A DNA stretch of 40,088 bases from an uncultured Spirochaetales bacterium (GCA_947305945.1 CAMZFA010000001.1:1-40088), one strand, 5' to 3'. Positions 1-8,121 are shown, counted from the first letter of the stretch. Program-made: numbers and translations. The notes: generated from the letters alone by a model not told the origin.

Positions 1-189
1 CTGAAGCGCACTGTCGTTCAGTGCGAGGCGCTCATTTGCAGCCGGATAACATAGAATTGAGGCATAATAACAAAAATGGGATCCATAGCTATTTCGCGAC
101 AGTCTCTATTTTATAGGAATTGAAACAAAAAGGTGTAATTTGCTGATTTACTGAGCTACTGTGCTGAAGTGAAGACAGATAATAATTTC

Positions 190-1191
190 TCAGAGGGCTT
201 CAAGCTGTGCGCGCAGGCTGTTTGCTTTTTCTTTTGAGAACTGGGCGCCTGTCTGCTTTATTATCTGACCTGCCAGCAGGGATGCAATGAAGCCGCTCTT
301 CTCAATGTCAAAACCCTTGCACTGACCGTAGAGGAAGCCCGCTGCATATGTGTCTCCGGCTCCGGTGGTATCAACTGCCGTTTCCGGTCCCTGGACGGGA
401 ATCTCGGTTATTTTTCCCCTGTGGCTGATATAGGAGCCTTTCTTGCCGTTCTTGACCACGGCTGTTTCACAGAGCTTGCCCATGCTGCGGCAGCACTCAT
501 AGGCGTCATAGTTGTCAAACATGCTGCGGGCCTCTTCCTTGTTGGCAAAGACAATGTCGCAGTGGTTTCTGATCAGATCCAGGAAGGAATCGTGGTAGCG
601 GCCTACCGCAAACATGTCCGCTATGTCGAATGAGACCTTGACGCCGTTAGCGTGTGCAAGTTCCAGGGCCTTTTTCACGGTGGCCTTCTGGTTGTCCGTG
701 TCCCACATGTAGCCGGTGAAATGGAAGAAATCCGCGCGGGTGAGGTCTGACTCCACAATGTCATCCGGTGAGAAGTCCCTGTTGGCGCCCAGGTAGGTGT
801 TCATGGTTCTGTCCGAGTCGGGAGAAACCAGGATGATTGAGGAGCCGGTGGGGTTGGCCGATACGGCAAGGTTGTCCTTCACGCCCAGGAGGCTGAGCTG
901 GCTTCTGTATATGTTTCCGTACTCATCCGGGCCTATCTTACCGGCCAGAATGGACTCTATTCCCATTGCCGAGAGTGTTATGACCGTGTTGGGGCAGGAG
1001 CCGCCGCAGGAGTATGACGGGGTTTTCTTGGTCTTTATGAAGGAGACAAGTTCCTCTCTTTTCTCCGTGGAGATAAGGTTCATTGTGCCTTTGTGAAGGC
1101 CCAGCATGCCCAGATCCTCAAAGGAAACGTTCACTATTACGTCAATGAGAGGGTTTCCTATTCCGTATACTATTCCTGTTTCCTGCTTCAT
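190..1191 (-). CDS. PfkB-family kinase, adenosine kinase-like
   Basis: 333-aa ORF. N-terminal GIGNPLIDV and C-terminal DTTGAGDTYAAGFLYG match the PfkB/ribokinase-family signature. A promoter-like element lies directly upstream. Confidence 0.8.
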   Translation of the reverse strand: MKQETGIVYGIGNPLIDVIVNVSFEDLGMLGLHKGTMNLISTEKREELVSFIKTKKTPSYSCGGSCPNTVITLSAMGIESILAGKIGPDEYGNIYRSQLSLLGVKDNLAVSANPTGSSIILVSPDSDRTMNTYLGANRDFSPDDIVESDLTRADFFHFTGYMWDTDNQKATVKKALELAHANGVKVSFDIADMFAVGRYHDSFLDLIRNHCDIVFANKEEARSMFDNYDAYECCRSMGKLCETAVVKNGKKGSYISHRGKITEIPVQGPETAVDTTGAGDTYAAGFLYGQCKGFDIEKSGFIASLLAGQIIKQTGAQFSKEKANSLRAQLEAL

Positions 1192-1197
1192 GGTGAC

Positions 1198-1227
1198 AGT
1201 TTACCCCGCTGCCTGCAGTGTTTTCAA
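1198..1227 (-). promoter_or_regulatory. Putative sigma70-type promoter of the kinase gene: TTGAAA-18-TAAACT, with the -10 element 6 nt from the ATG
   Basis: Minus-strand reading is TTGAAA (1222-1227), an 18-nt spacer, TAAACT (1198-1203), gtcacc, then ATG at 1191. No Shine-Dalgarno sequence. Confidence 0.4.
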
Positions 1228-1347
1228 CAACAGAATGAAAAAGAATTGTGCATCCGGAATATCCGTTGTGTTTCATTGTGTGTGATCTGTTTTTTCCTTC
1301 TGCGGTTAATTCTTGTAAATAAAAGAAAAAACGCATTTTAGGCAGTT

Positions 1348-1384
1348 TTTATACAACACTATTGCACAGGTTATGCACAACTTG
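1348..1384 (+). repeat. Copy A of a ~37-nt direct-repeat module that contains DnaA-box-like 9-mers
   Basis: TTTATACAAcactaTTGCACAggTTATGCACAACTTG. It includes TTATGCACA (1371-1379), a perfect match to TTATNCACA. Confidence 0.6.
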
Positions 1385-1465
1385 GTCGGGTATAAGTGTA
1401 AAACTATATGCAGTCTGAACTTGGGCTTTATGCACCGGTTTGCAGAGGGTAACCGGCCCCGAGGG

Positions 1466-1540
1466 ATATTTTATTTCTGTATAAAGAAATAATTATTAAA
1501 AATAAAAAAAGATTCAACAAAAGTTATATAAGTTTTTAAG
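1466..1540. other. Extremely AT-rich tract, about 12% GC by hand count
   Basis: 75 nt with 9 G/C by my count: atattttatttctgtataaagaaataattattaaaaataaaaaaagattcaacaaaagttatataagtttttaag. Confidence 0.7.
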
Positions 1541-1576
1541 TGGTGTGAAGTTGTTAAGTGAAACTGTTTAGGGTTG

Positions 1577-1612
1577 TTTATACAAGGTTTTGCACAAGTT
1601 ATTGACAACTTG
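1577..1612 (+). repeat. Copy B of the ~37-nt module, overlapping the rsmE stop codon
   Basis: TTTATACAAggttTTGCACAagTTATTGACAACTTG, with about 29 positions identical to copy A. It contains the perfect inverted repeat ACAAGTT-N6-AACTTGT (1594-1613). Confidence 0.6.
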
Positions 1613-2387
1613 TTTCCAGCAGTGTCTGAACGGCCCCTATTGCGTATATTGCAGCGGTTTCACACCTCAGAATGTTTGTTTTCAGCAATACCGGTGCAAA
1701 GTCAGATGCAATGAGGTCCTGTGTTTCGGTCTCCGTCAGACCGCCTTCGGAGCCTATGAGTATGCCCACCGCTCCGTCAAAACCACTTAACAGTCCCACC
1801 AGGTCCTGCTGCTTTTCTCCTAAGGGGCACTGGTGGAAGAAAAGGCCCTTTCCTTCTGTGCCAAGGTCTTTGCAGAGGTTTCTGAAATGTGCGGGTACGT
1901 CCTTTATGTCCGTCACGCCTTCTACGGCGGTGGGTACAACAGAGCCGCTCTGCTGAACGGCCTCTCTGACCACGGATTCAAAGCGTGAGAATTTGCCCTG
2001 TTCGGAGCCCGAGAAGTCAGATACGCAGTTTCTGCTGTGAACCAGCACTATTCTTGTTACCCCGGCCTCGGTGGCCATGCGTATTATGTCATCTGTCTTG
2101 CGGCCTTTGGGTATGCACTGGTAGAGCACTATGGTTTTTTCCGGTCTGCATGAGGGGAGGGTGTCCGTAGTGGCTCCGGCACCGGGATTTTCTCCGGATA
2201 TCAGGGTGCAGGATTTTTGCGATATGTTTTCTATTTTAAGGGCCCAGGTTTTTCCCTCTGTGTCCCTTCCTGTTATCTCCTGTCCCTCCTTCAGTCTGAG
2301 GACGCGGACTATGTAGTTGTAGTCCTTTCCTGTGAGCACCAGCGGTTCCTGAGGTCTGAAGGCGGGGGGAAGGAGGAAGAGTCTCAT
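1599..2387 (-). CDS. rsmE: 16S rRNA (uracil1498-N3)-methyltransferase RsmE
   Basis: 262 aa. The N-terminus MRLFLLP...LTGKDYNYIVRVLRLKEGQEI is typical of RsmE, with a C-terminal SPOUT-like GSEGGLTETE region. Its ATG overlaps the upstream gene's stop codon (ATGA). Confidence 0.85.
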   Translation of the reverse strand: MRLFLLPPAFRPQEPLVLTGKDYNYIVRVLRLKEGQEITGRDTEGKTWALKIENISQKSCTLISGENPGAGATTDTLPSCRPEKTIVLYQCIPKGRKTDDIIRMATEAGVTRIVLVHSRNCVSDFSGSEQGKFSRFESVVREAVQQSGSVVPTAVEGVTDIKDVPAHFRNLCKDLGTEGKGLFFHQCPLGEKQQDLVGLLSGFDGAVGILIGSEGGLTETETQDLIASDFAPVLLKTNILRCETAAIYAIGAVQTLLETSCQ

Positions 2388-3850
2388 CAGAGCACAAGTC
2401 CTTCTTCTATGTAGTCGATTGCAGCTCTGATCTGGGGATCGAACCAGATGTCTACTCTGGGCAGCTCGTCATAGGTCATTCTGGAGAAATAGACGTTTCT
2501 GACAAGCAGAGCCACAACGTCATCCGAAACTCCTGTGTCAGGGTTCTCCTTTATGAAGTTCAGCACGTTCTCCTTTGTGTACTGCGGGTGTGCGGCAACG
2601 TAGTCGCGGACCAGGGTGGTGGATATGAGGGCGCTGTAGGCTTCCTTTTCTTCATCTTTTACCGTGGGTGCCGGTACAGGAATGTCCGGTTCAACGCCCT
2701 TCTGATGTATTTCCTCTCCCGAAGGCGGTACAAAGGAGGCAACCGTAACGGAGATTTCGGCATCGCCAAAGGCGGAAACTGCCTGCATTATGCCCTTTCC
2801 GTAGGTTGTTGTGCCTACGAGTACGGCCCTTCCGTTGTCCCTCATGGTTGATGAGAAGATTTCCGAGGAGCTGGCCGAGTATTCGTTGATAAGGATGGCT
2901 ACCCTGATTCTGGTGGGCACTTTCACGCCCAGTTCAGCCCTGTAGGTGGAGTTGTTTTCCTTGTGCTTGTAGTTGACGGTGAGCAGGTCGGCGTCCGAGA
3001 TGAACATGTCCGCAATTTTGAGGGCGGCCGTCACGTCTCCGCCGGGGTTGTTCCTCAGGTCTATTATCAGGCCGCGCATTCCTTTGTTCATAAGGTCCGT
3101 GATTGCCTTTGAGATGTCCGAGGCCGTTGCATCGTAGAACTGCAGGATCTGAAGGTAGCCTATGCTGTTCTCAAGCATGTCGCTGATTACGGAGGGAACG
3201 GATATTTTCTCTCTGGTTATTGTTACGTCAAATGTGGCGCCGTTTCTCAATATGGTCAGGGTTACGGATGTTCCCGCCTCTCCCTTCATCCTGGCGGCGC
3301 AGTCATTTGCCGAGAGCTCTCCGGTGTCTTCCCCGTCAATGGCGGTAATCAGGTCTCCCGCCATGAGGCCGCTGCGTGAGGCCGGCGTGTTGGGGAAGAT
3401 CTGGTTCAGGAAGCAGTAGATTGTGGACAGGTCGTTCTCGTCCTGATATTCCTTGTATGTCTTTGAGAAGTAGAAGCCCAGGCCTCCGTACGTTCCCATC
3501 ATGCTTTCTTTGTACTCATCCATGTCCTCGGCTTTGACAAAGTAGGTGTACTTGTCTCCCAGGGAACTGAAAAGCGCCTCCGCCATGGCCTCGTAGGTCT
3601 TGTCGTGGTCAATGTCCCAGAGGTAGTTCTGCTCAAGGTATTTGTAGAGCCTTGTGAGCCTGGACATGTTCTCTTCTATCTTTTTGTCGTCCGACACAGT
3701 TGTTGCGCCTGCCGACTGCGTCCTGTTGGGGTCCGGAACCCTGTTCTGAAGGTTCTCATAGAATGCGTTCTGGTTTTCCATCACTCCGTTTGCGCCCAGG
3801 ATTGAGACGGCAAGCAGGGCCAGAACCAGAACGGTAATTGCTTTCTTCAT
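2387..3850 (-). CDS. S41-family carboxyl-terminal processing peptidase (PDZ domain plus peptidase)
   Basis: Signal/anchor sequence MKKAITVLVLALLAVSILGA follows the ATG at 3850. PDZ-like GLMAGDLITAIDG, S41 core IIDLRNNPGGD and TTYGKGIMQ are present. Start chosen at 3850 because a promoter sits 6 nt upstream and the longer ORF would overlap the lgt start. Confidence 0.8.
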   Translation of the reverse strand: MKKAITVLVLALLAVSILGANGVMENQNAFYENLQNRVPDPNRTQSAGATTVSDDKKIEENMSRLTRLYKYLEQNYLWDIDHDKTYEAMAEALFSSLGDKYTYFVKAEDMDEYKESMMGTYGGLGFYFSKTYKEYQDENDLSTIYCFLNQIFPNTPASRSGLMAGDLITAIDGEDTGELSANDCAARMKGEAGTSVTLTILRNGATFDVTITREKISVPSVISDMLENSIGYLQILQFYDATASDISKAITDLMNKGMRGLIIDLRNNPGGDVTAALKIADMFISDADLLTVNYKHKENNSTYRAELGVKVPTRIRVAILINEYSASSSEIFSSTMRDNGRAVLVGTTTYGKGIMQAVSAFGDAEISVTVASFVPPSGEEIHQKGVEPDIPVPAPTVKDEEKEAYSALISTTLVRDYVAAHPQYTKENVLNFIKENPDTGVSDDVVALLVRNVYFSRMTYDELPRVDIWFDPQIRAAIDYIEEGLVL

Positions 3851-3856
3851 ACCGTA

Positions 3857-3885
3857 AATATAACTTATTATGCGATTGTGAACAA
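3857..3885 (-). promoter_or_regulatory. Putative promoter of the S41 peptidase/rsmE operon: TTGTTC-17-TATATT
   Basis: Minus-strand reading is TTGTTC (3880-3885), a 17-nt spacer, TATATT (3857-3862), tacggt, then ATG at 3850. Confidence 0.5.
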
Positions 3886-3927
3886 CAACACCGCTGTTTT
3901 GCCCGGTCCCCGGCCGGGCGATGAAAG

Positions 3928-3956
3928 TTGACCTGCCCTGCGTGAGAATGTAGAAT
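3928..3956 (+). promoter_or_regulatory. Putative promoter of the lgt operon: TTGACC-17-TAGAAT
   Basis: TTGACC (3928-3933), a 17-nt spacer, TAGAAT (3951-3956), tcagac, then ATG at 3963. Confidence 0.55.
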
Positions 3957-3962
3957 TCAGAC

Positions 3963-4943
3963 ATGTTTTCTTACGTTAATTTTCCCGGATGGATAAAACC
4001 CGAAGTAGTATCGTTTCTCCCTGTGAGATGGTACGCCGTCATGTATATTGTTGCCTTCTCCGTAGCCTACGTTGTTTTCAGGAAGTACTGCAGGGAGGGT
4101 GCTCTGGGAGAGATGAATCAGGACGTATCAACGGACCTGTTTCTCTATGCGATCATAGGTCTGATTCTGGGTGCCAGGATTGGTTCATGCCTGCTCTACG
4201 AGGGCTCTGTCTTCTACCTGACCCATCCCTGGCTCATATTCTGGCCGTTCAGAAACGGAAGTTTCACCGGCCTTCCCGGAATGAGCTACCACGGCGGTGT
4301 TCTTGGGGCTTTTCTCGGTGTTGTGCTGTATGCACGCAAGAGCGGGTACAGGATTCTGGACCTGTGCGACGGAATCTGCGTTTCCGTGCCTCTTGGATAC
4401 ACTTTCGGAAGACTGGGAAACTTCATAAACGGAGAGCTCTGGGGCCGCTGCACCGGAACTTCATACGGAATGATTTTTCCGTACGCACCATCTTTCTCCA
4501 CAAGCGAGGAGTGGGTCAGAAAAGCAGCGGAAAATGCGGGAATTGCGTACTCAAACGGCTCTTTTGTCAATCTGCCCAGACATCCGTCCCAGCTTTATGA
4601 GGCCTTTTTCGAGGGGGTTTTCCTCTTTCTTGTCATGTGGTTTGTCGCCCGTCCCCTGGTCAGGAAATACAAAAAGGGCAGGGGCTTTCTCACCGGAGCT
4701 TATTTTGCGGGATACGGACTGGTCCGTTTCATTATTGAATATTTCAGAGAGCCGGATTCCCAGCTGGGCTTTGTCATAGCCCTGGGAAAGGAAAGTGAGC
4801 CCACAGCCCTGTTTCTCTCGTTGTTCAACATATCCATGGGACAGGTTCTGTGCTTCATAATGATGGTTTTGGGAGCATTTCTTATGATCAGAGCCGGCAG
4901 GCTCGAGCCCACGGTTTATAAAAAGAAGGGAGGAAGGAGATAA
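3963..4943 (+). CDS. lgt: Prolipoprotein diacylglyceryl transferase
   Basis: 326 aa and polytopic. Lgt hallmarks GMSYHGGVLGAFLG and GRLGNFINGELWGR are present. Confidence 0.9.
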   Translation: MFSYVNFPGWIKPEVVSFLPVRWYAVMYIVAFSVAYVVFRKYCREGALGEMNQDVSTDLFLYAIIGLILGARIGSCLLYEGSVFYLTHPWLIFWPFRNGSFTGLPGMSYHGGVLGAFLGVVLYARKSGYRILDLCDGICVSVPLGYTFGRLGNFINGELWGRCTGTSYGMIFPYAPSFSTSEEWVRKAAENAGIAYSNGSFVNLPRHPSQLYEAFFEGVFLFLVMWFVARPLVRKYKKGRGFLTGAYFAGYGLVRFIIEYFREPDSQLGFVIALGKESEPTALFLSLFNISMGQVLCFIMMVLGAFLMIRAGRLEPTVYKKKGGRR

Positions 4944-6691
4944 TGACAGTAAATGAGAGAGTTGAGGCCCTCAGAAGGCTCTTGGACGAAAAGGGCCTTG
5001 CCGCCTGGATTATCAACGGAACAGATCCGCATGAAAGTGAATATGTAAGTGAGCGCTGGAAGTCCCGCAGGTGGATTTCCGGTTTCACCGGAAGCGCAGG
5101 CTTTGTTGTCATTACCCGGGAGAATGCCCTCATTTGGGTTGATTCCCGCTACTTTGTCCAGTGTGCCGACCAGATCAAGGGTACCTGCTTTGAGATGAAG
5201 AAACTGGACGGTCCCGGTGCTTCAAGTCCCGTGGACTGGATCAGGGAAAACGTTCACGGAAAAACAGGTATTGCGGCAGATACCCTCATGGTTGAAAAAC
5301 AACGCAAATATGCACAGGAAGGCATTGAAATAACACCTTCTGATGATTTGCTTGATATAATCTGGACCGACAGACCCTCCATGCCGGCAAATGCCGTTGT
5401 AAGGATGAGTGACAGGCTCTGCGGTGAAAGCGTTCAGTCCAAGGTGGACAGGATAAGAAAGGGGGTCAGCGGGAAAGACGCCGAGTGGACGCTGGTTTCT
5501 TCTCTGGATGACATTGCCTGGACGCTGAATCTCAGGGGAAGTGACATTGATGACACCCCTGTTTTTCTTGCCCATCTGCTCATAGGTCCGTCCTGTGTGA
5601 AGCTGTTCACTCCAAGAAGCAGATTCACGGAAAAGCTGCTTTCAGAGCTTGATTTTGAGGTTTTTGAATACAATGAAATAATTTCACACCTGGGAATGCT
5701 TGAGAACACCTCCGTTCTTCTCAATCCCCAGCGCATCAACTCCATGCTCTTCGGAGCCATTCCTTCTTCCGTGAAGGTTGTTGAGGGCCGTGAGATATCA
5801 ACAGACCTGAAGGCCTGCAAGAACAAGGCAGAGCTTGAGGGTATGAGAACTGCACATATCCTGGACGGTGTGGCCCTTGTGAACTTCCTTGCAATGGTTG
5901 ATAAGGGCAGGTACTCCTTTACGGAGGTCTCAATTGCCCGGGCTCTTGCCAACGAGAGGGAGCTGGAGAAGGACTATCTGGGTCCGTCCTTCAGTACCAT
6001 TGCCGGTTTTGCCGATCACGGTGCGGTTATACACTACAGCGCTACCGGGGAAACGGATAAGGAAATAAAGGGTAACGGACTTCTTGTTCTTGACTCCGGC
6101 GGACAGTACACCGCGGGAACCACGGACATAACCAGAACCCTTCTTTTCGGCCGTGCCACAAAGGAGCAGAAGGAGGACTACACTCTTGTTCTGAAGGGGC
6201 ACCTTGCTCTGGCTGCCCAGGTCTTCCCGGAAGGTACAAACGGTCATCAGCTGGACATTCTTGCCCACATGTTCCTCTGGAACAAGGGTATGACCTACTT
6301 CCACGGTACCGGCCACGGGGTGGGTTTCAGGCTTTCCGTCCACGAGGGTCCGCAGAGAATCTCAATACATCCGGCAAGCGCGGAAGTGAAGCTTCAGGAG
6401 GGTATGATTCTCTCTGATGAGCCGGGTATATACAAAGAGGGAAAACATGGCATCAGAATTGAGAATCTGGTTGCTGTTGTTCCTGCCATGAAGACGGAGT
6501 TCGGTCAGTTCTATACCTTTGAGACCCTGACCTGCTGCCCCTATGAGAGAAAGCTGATAGAAAAGAGCATGCTCACATCCGAAGAGATTGAACTGGTGGA
6601 CACCTACCACGCGTGGGTCTGGGAAAAACTTCACAAGCTGGTCAATCCGGAAGCGGTGGATTATCTCAGACAGGCCACAGCCCCGCTTTAA
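4943..6691 (+). CDS. Xaa-Pro aminopeptidase (M24B family, three-domain ~580-aa form)
   Basis: 582 aa. Creatinase-like N-terminal region. M24 metal-ligand context is LVLDSGGQYTAGTTDITRT, HGTGHGVGFRLSVHEGP and ILSDEPGIY...GIRIEN. TAATG overlap with the lgt stop. Confidence 0.85.
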   Translation: MTVNERVEALRRLLDEKGLAAWIINGTDPHESEYVSERWKSRRWISGFTGSAGFVVITRENALIWVDSRYFVQCADQIKGTCFEMKKLDGPGASSPVDWIRENVHGKTGIAADTLMVEKQRKYAQEGIEITPSDDLLDIIWTDRPSMPANAVVRMSDRLCGESVQSKVDRIRKGVSGKDAEWTLVSSLDDIAWTLNLRGSDIDDTPVFLAHLLIGPSCVKLFTPRSRFTEKLLSELDFEVFEYNEIISHLGMLENTSVLLNPQRINSMLFGAIPSSVKVVEGREISTDLKACKNKAELEGMRTAHILDGVALVNFLAMVDKGRYSFTEVSIARALANERELEKDYLGPSFSTIAGFADHGAVIHYSATGETDKEIKGNGLLVLDSGGQYTAGTTDITRTLLFGRATKEQKEDYTLVLKGHLALAAQVFPEGTNGHQLDILAHMFLWNKGMTYFHGTGHGVGFRLSVHEGPQRISIHPASAEVKLQEGMILSDEPGIYKEGKHGIRIENLVAVVPAMKTEFGQFYTFETLTCCPYERKLIEKSMLTSEEIELVDTYHAWVWEKLHKLVNPEAVDYLRQATAPL

Positions 6692-6702
6692 TCAGTCCGC
6701 AG

Positions 6703-6731
6703 TTGACCCCGGCTTTCTTTCGTAGTATCAT
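6703..6731 (+). promoter_or_regulatory. Putative promoter: TTGACC-17-TATCAT
   Basis: TTGACC (6703-6708), a 17-nt spacer, TATCAT (6726-6731). The predicted start is near 6738, at the first GCGAAAG repeat. Confidence 0.45.
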
Positions 6732-6737
6732 GAAAAT

Positions 6738-6775
6738 GCGAAAGAGGCGAAAGTAGCGAAAGAAACAAGCGAAAG
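6738..6775 (+). repeat. Four GCGAAAG heptamers in the 5' leader, spaced 9, 9 and 13 nt
   Basis: GCGAAAG at 6738-6744, 6747-6753, 6756-6762 and 6769-6775. AGGAGG (6774-6779) and the GTG start at 6787 follow immediately. Confidence 0.85.
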
Positions 6776-6786
6776 GAGGGGCCGCA

Positions 6787-8088
6787 GTGTTGGAAAATGT
6801 AGACATAGAGTTCAAAGAACTGGATAAAACAACCGGAAAACTCCCGGAAAGTTTTGCAAAAGAGCTTATTGCGTTTGCAAATACAGAGGGAGGAGAGTTG
6901 TTTGTAGGCATCAGTGATGACAGAACCGTTGTCGGTGTAGACAATCCTGATGACGTTATGACCAGAATTTCAAATGTTGCTCATGATTCAATCCTTCCGG
7001 ATATAATGCCCTTCCTGCAAATCAGAACAGTTGAAAAAGAAGGAAAAGCAGTAGTCAAAACAACTGTTTCCGTTGGAACGGAAAGGCCCTATTATCTCAA
7101 GACAAAAGGGCTCAGTCCTGCGGGGGTTTTTGTCCGAAGAGGTTCTGCCTGCATTCCGTTAAGCGAAACAGGCATAAGGCAGATGATTACAGAGACTTCG
7201 GGTAAAAGCTTTGAAGAAAGCAGGAGCCTGATACAGGGCCTTTCCTTCAATACTGCGGAAGCAGCATTTGCAAAGAGGAATCTTGATTTCGGCCCGGAGC
7301 AGAAGAAAACTCTGGCTCTTATCGGAAAAGACGGACTGTATAATAACCTTGCTCTTCTTTTGTCCGAAGAATGCAAACATACAATCAAGATTGCGGTTTT
7401 CCAGGGCAGAGACAGTTCCGTTTTCAGAGACAGAAAAGAGTTTTCCGGGTCTGTTTTAAAACAGCTTGAGGATGTATATGCTTTTCTGGATATACATAAC
7501 GGAACAAAAGCCTCAATAGACGGTCTTGTGAGAAAGGATACAAGAGATTATCCCGAGCAGGCTATAAGAGAAGCGCTATTGAACAGCATTATTCACAGGG
7601 ATTATCTGTTTTCCGGCAGCACCATCATAAATATTTATGAGGATAACATGGAGTTTATTTCTCTCGGAGGTCTTGTATCCGGACTTTCCCTCGAGTCAGT
7701 TTTCCTCGGAGCTTCCCAGTCCAGAAACCCCGGACTTGCTGCTGTATTCTACAGGTTGGGACTTGTTGAGAGTTACGGTACCGGTATAAGGAAGATTATG
7801 AGGCTTTATGAAAATGAACCGGCTCCTGAGTTCAAGGCAACGGAAGGAGTCTTTTATGTAAAGCTGAGAAACCGCAATGTTAAACCGCCTGTCAGAAGAA
7901 AGGAATCCGACAAACAACTTGTATATGATCTTATCAGAGATAAGGGAGAGGTCAGCCGTAAAGACGTAGAGATGGTGCTTGATTCAGGTACGACCAAAGC
8001 CTATGAATACCTGAAAAGCTTCTGCGACAAAGGCATTGTGCAGCAGAAACGGAACGGAAACAAGACTACATACGTTCTTTCGGATTAA
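6787..8088 (+). CDS. AlbA_2 (Schlafen-like) domain protein with an HATPase_c_4-like region and a C-terminal winged HTH, usually annotated as a putative DNA-binding/RecG-like regulator
   Basis: 433 aa with a GTG start. The N-terminus ...EFKE...ELIAFANTEGGELFVGISDDRTVVGV is the AlbA_2 signature. The middle region has REALLNSIIHRDY. The C-terminal wHTH is ...VSRKDVEMVLDSGTTKAYEYLKSFCDKGIV. GC by eye is about 40-45% over the first 120 nt against an eyeballed ~53% for a stretch of adjacent pepP. Confidence 0.75.
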   Translation: MLENVDIEFKELDKTTGKLPESFAKELIAFANTEGGELFVGISDDRTVVGVDNPDDVMTRISNVAHDSILPDIMPFLQIRTVEKEGKAVVKTTVSVGTERPYYLKTKGLSPAGVFVRRGSACIPLSETGIRQMITETSGKSFEESRSLIQGLSFNTAEAAFAKRNLDFGPEQKKTLALIGKDGLYNNLALLLSEECKHTIKIAVFQGRDSSVFRDRKEFSGSVLKQLEDVYAFLDIHNGTKASIDGLVRKDTRDYPEQAIREALLNSIIHRDYLFSGSTIINIYEDNMEFISLGGLVSGLSLESVFLGASQSRNPGLAAVFYRLGLVESYGTGIRKIMRLYENEPAPEFKATEGVFYVKLRNRNVKPPVRRKESDKQLVYDLIRDKGEVSRKDVEMVLDSGTTKAYEYLKSFCDKGIVQQKRNGNKTTYVLSD

Positions 8089-8121
8089 CGGGTCTGTCGC
8101 AAACACGACAACCATAATAAA

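Noticed and set aside
7-25. A 7-bp hairpin, CGCACTG-tcgtt-CAGTGCG, at the window edge.
   Set aside because: There is no following T-tract. It may lie inside the 3' end of a truncated upstream ORF (an in-frame TAG at 52-54). There is too little context to call a terminator or an RNA.
3851-3964. A 38-codon N-terminal extension of the S41 peptidase ORF (MSEFYILTQ...).
   Set aside because: It would overlap the divergent lgt start and run through both promoters. The signal/anchor sequence begins right after the ATG at 3850, which has a -10 element 6 nt upstream.
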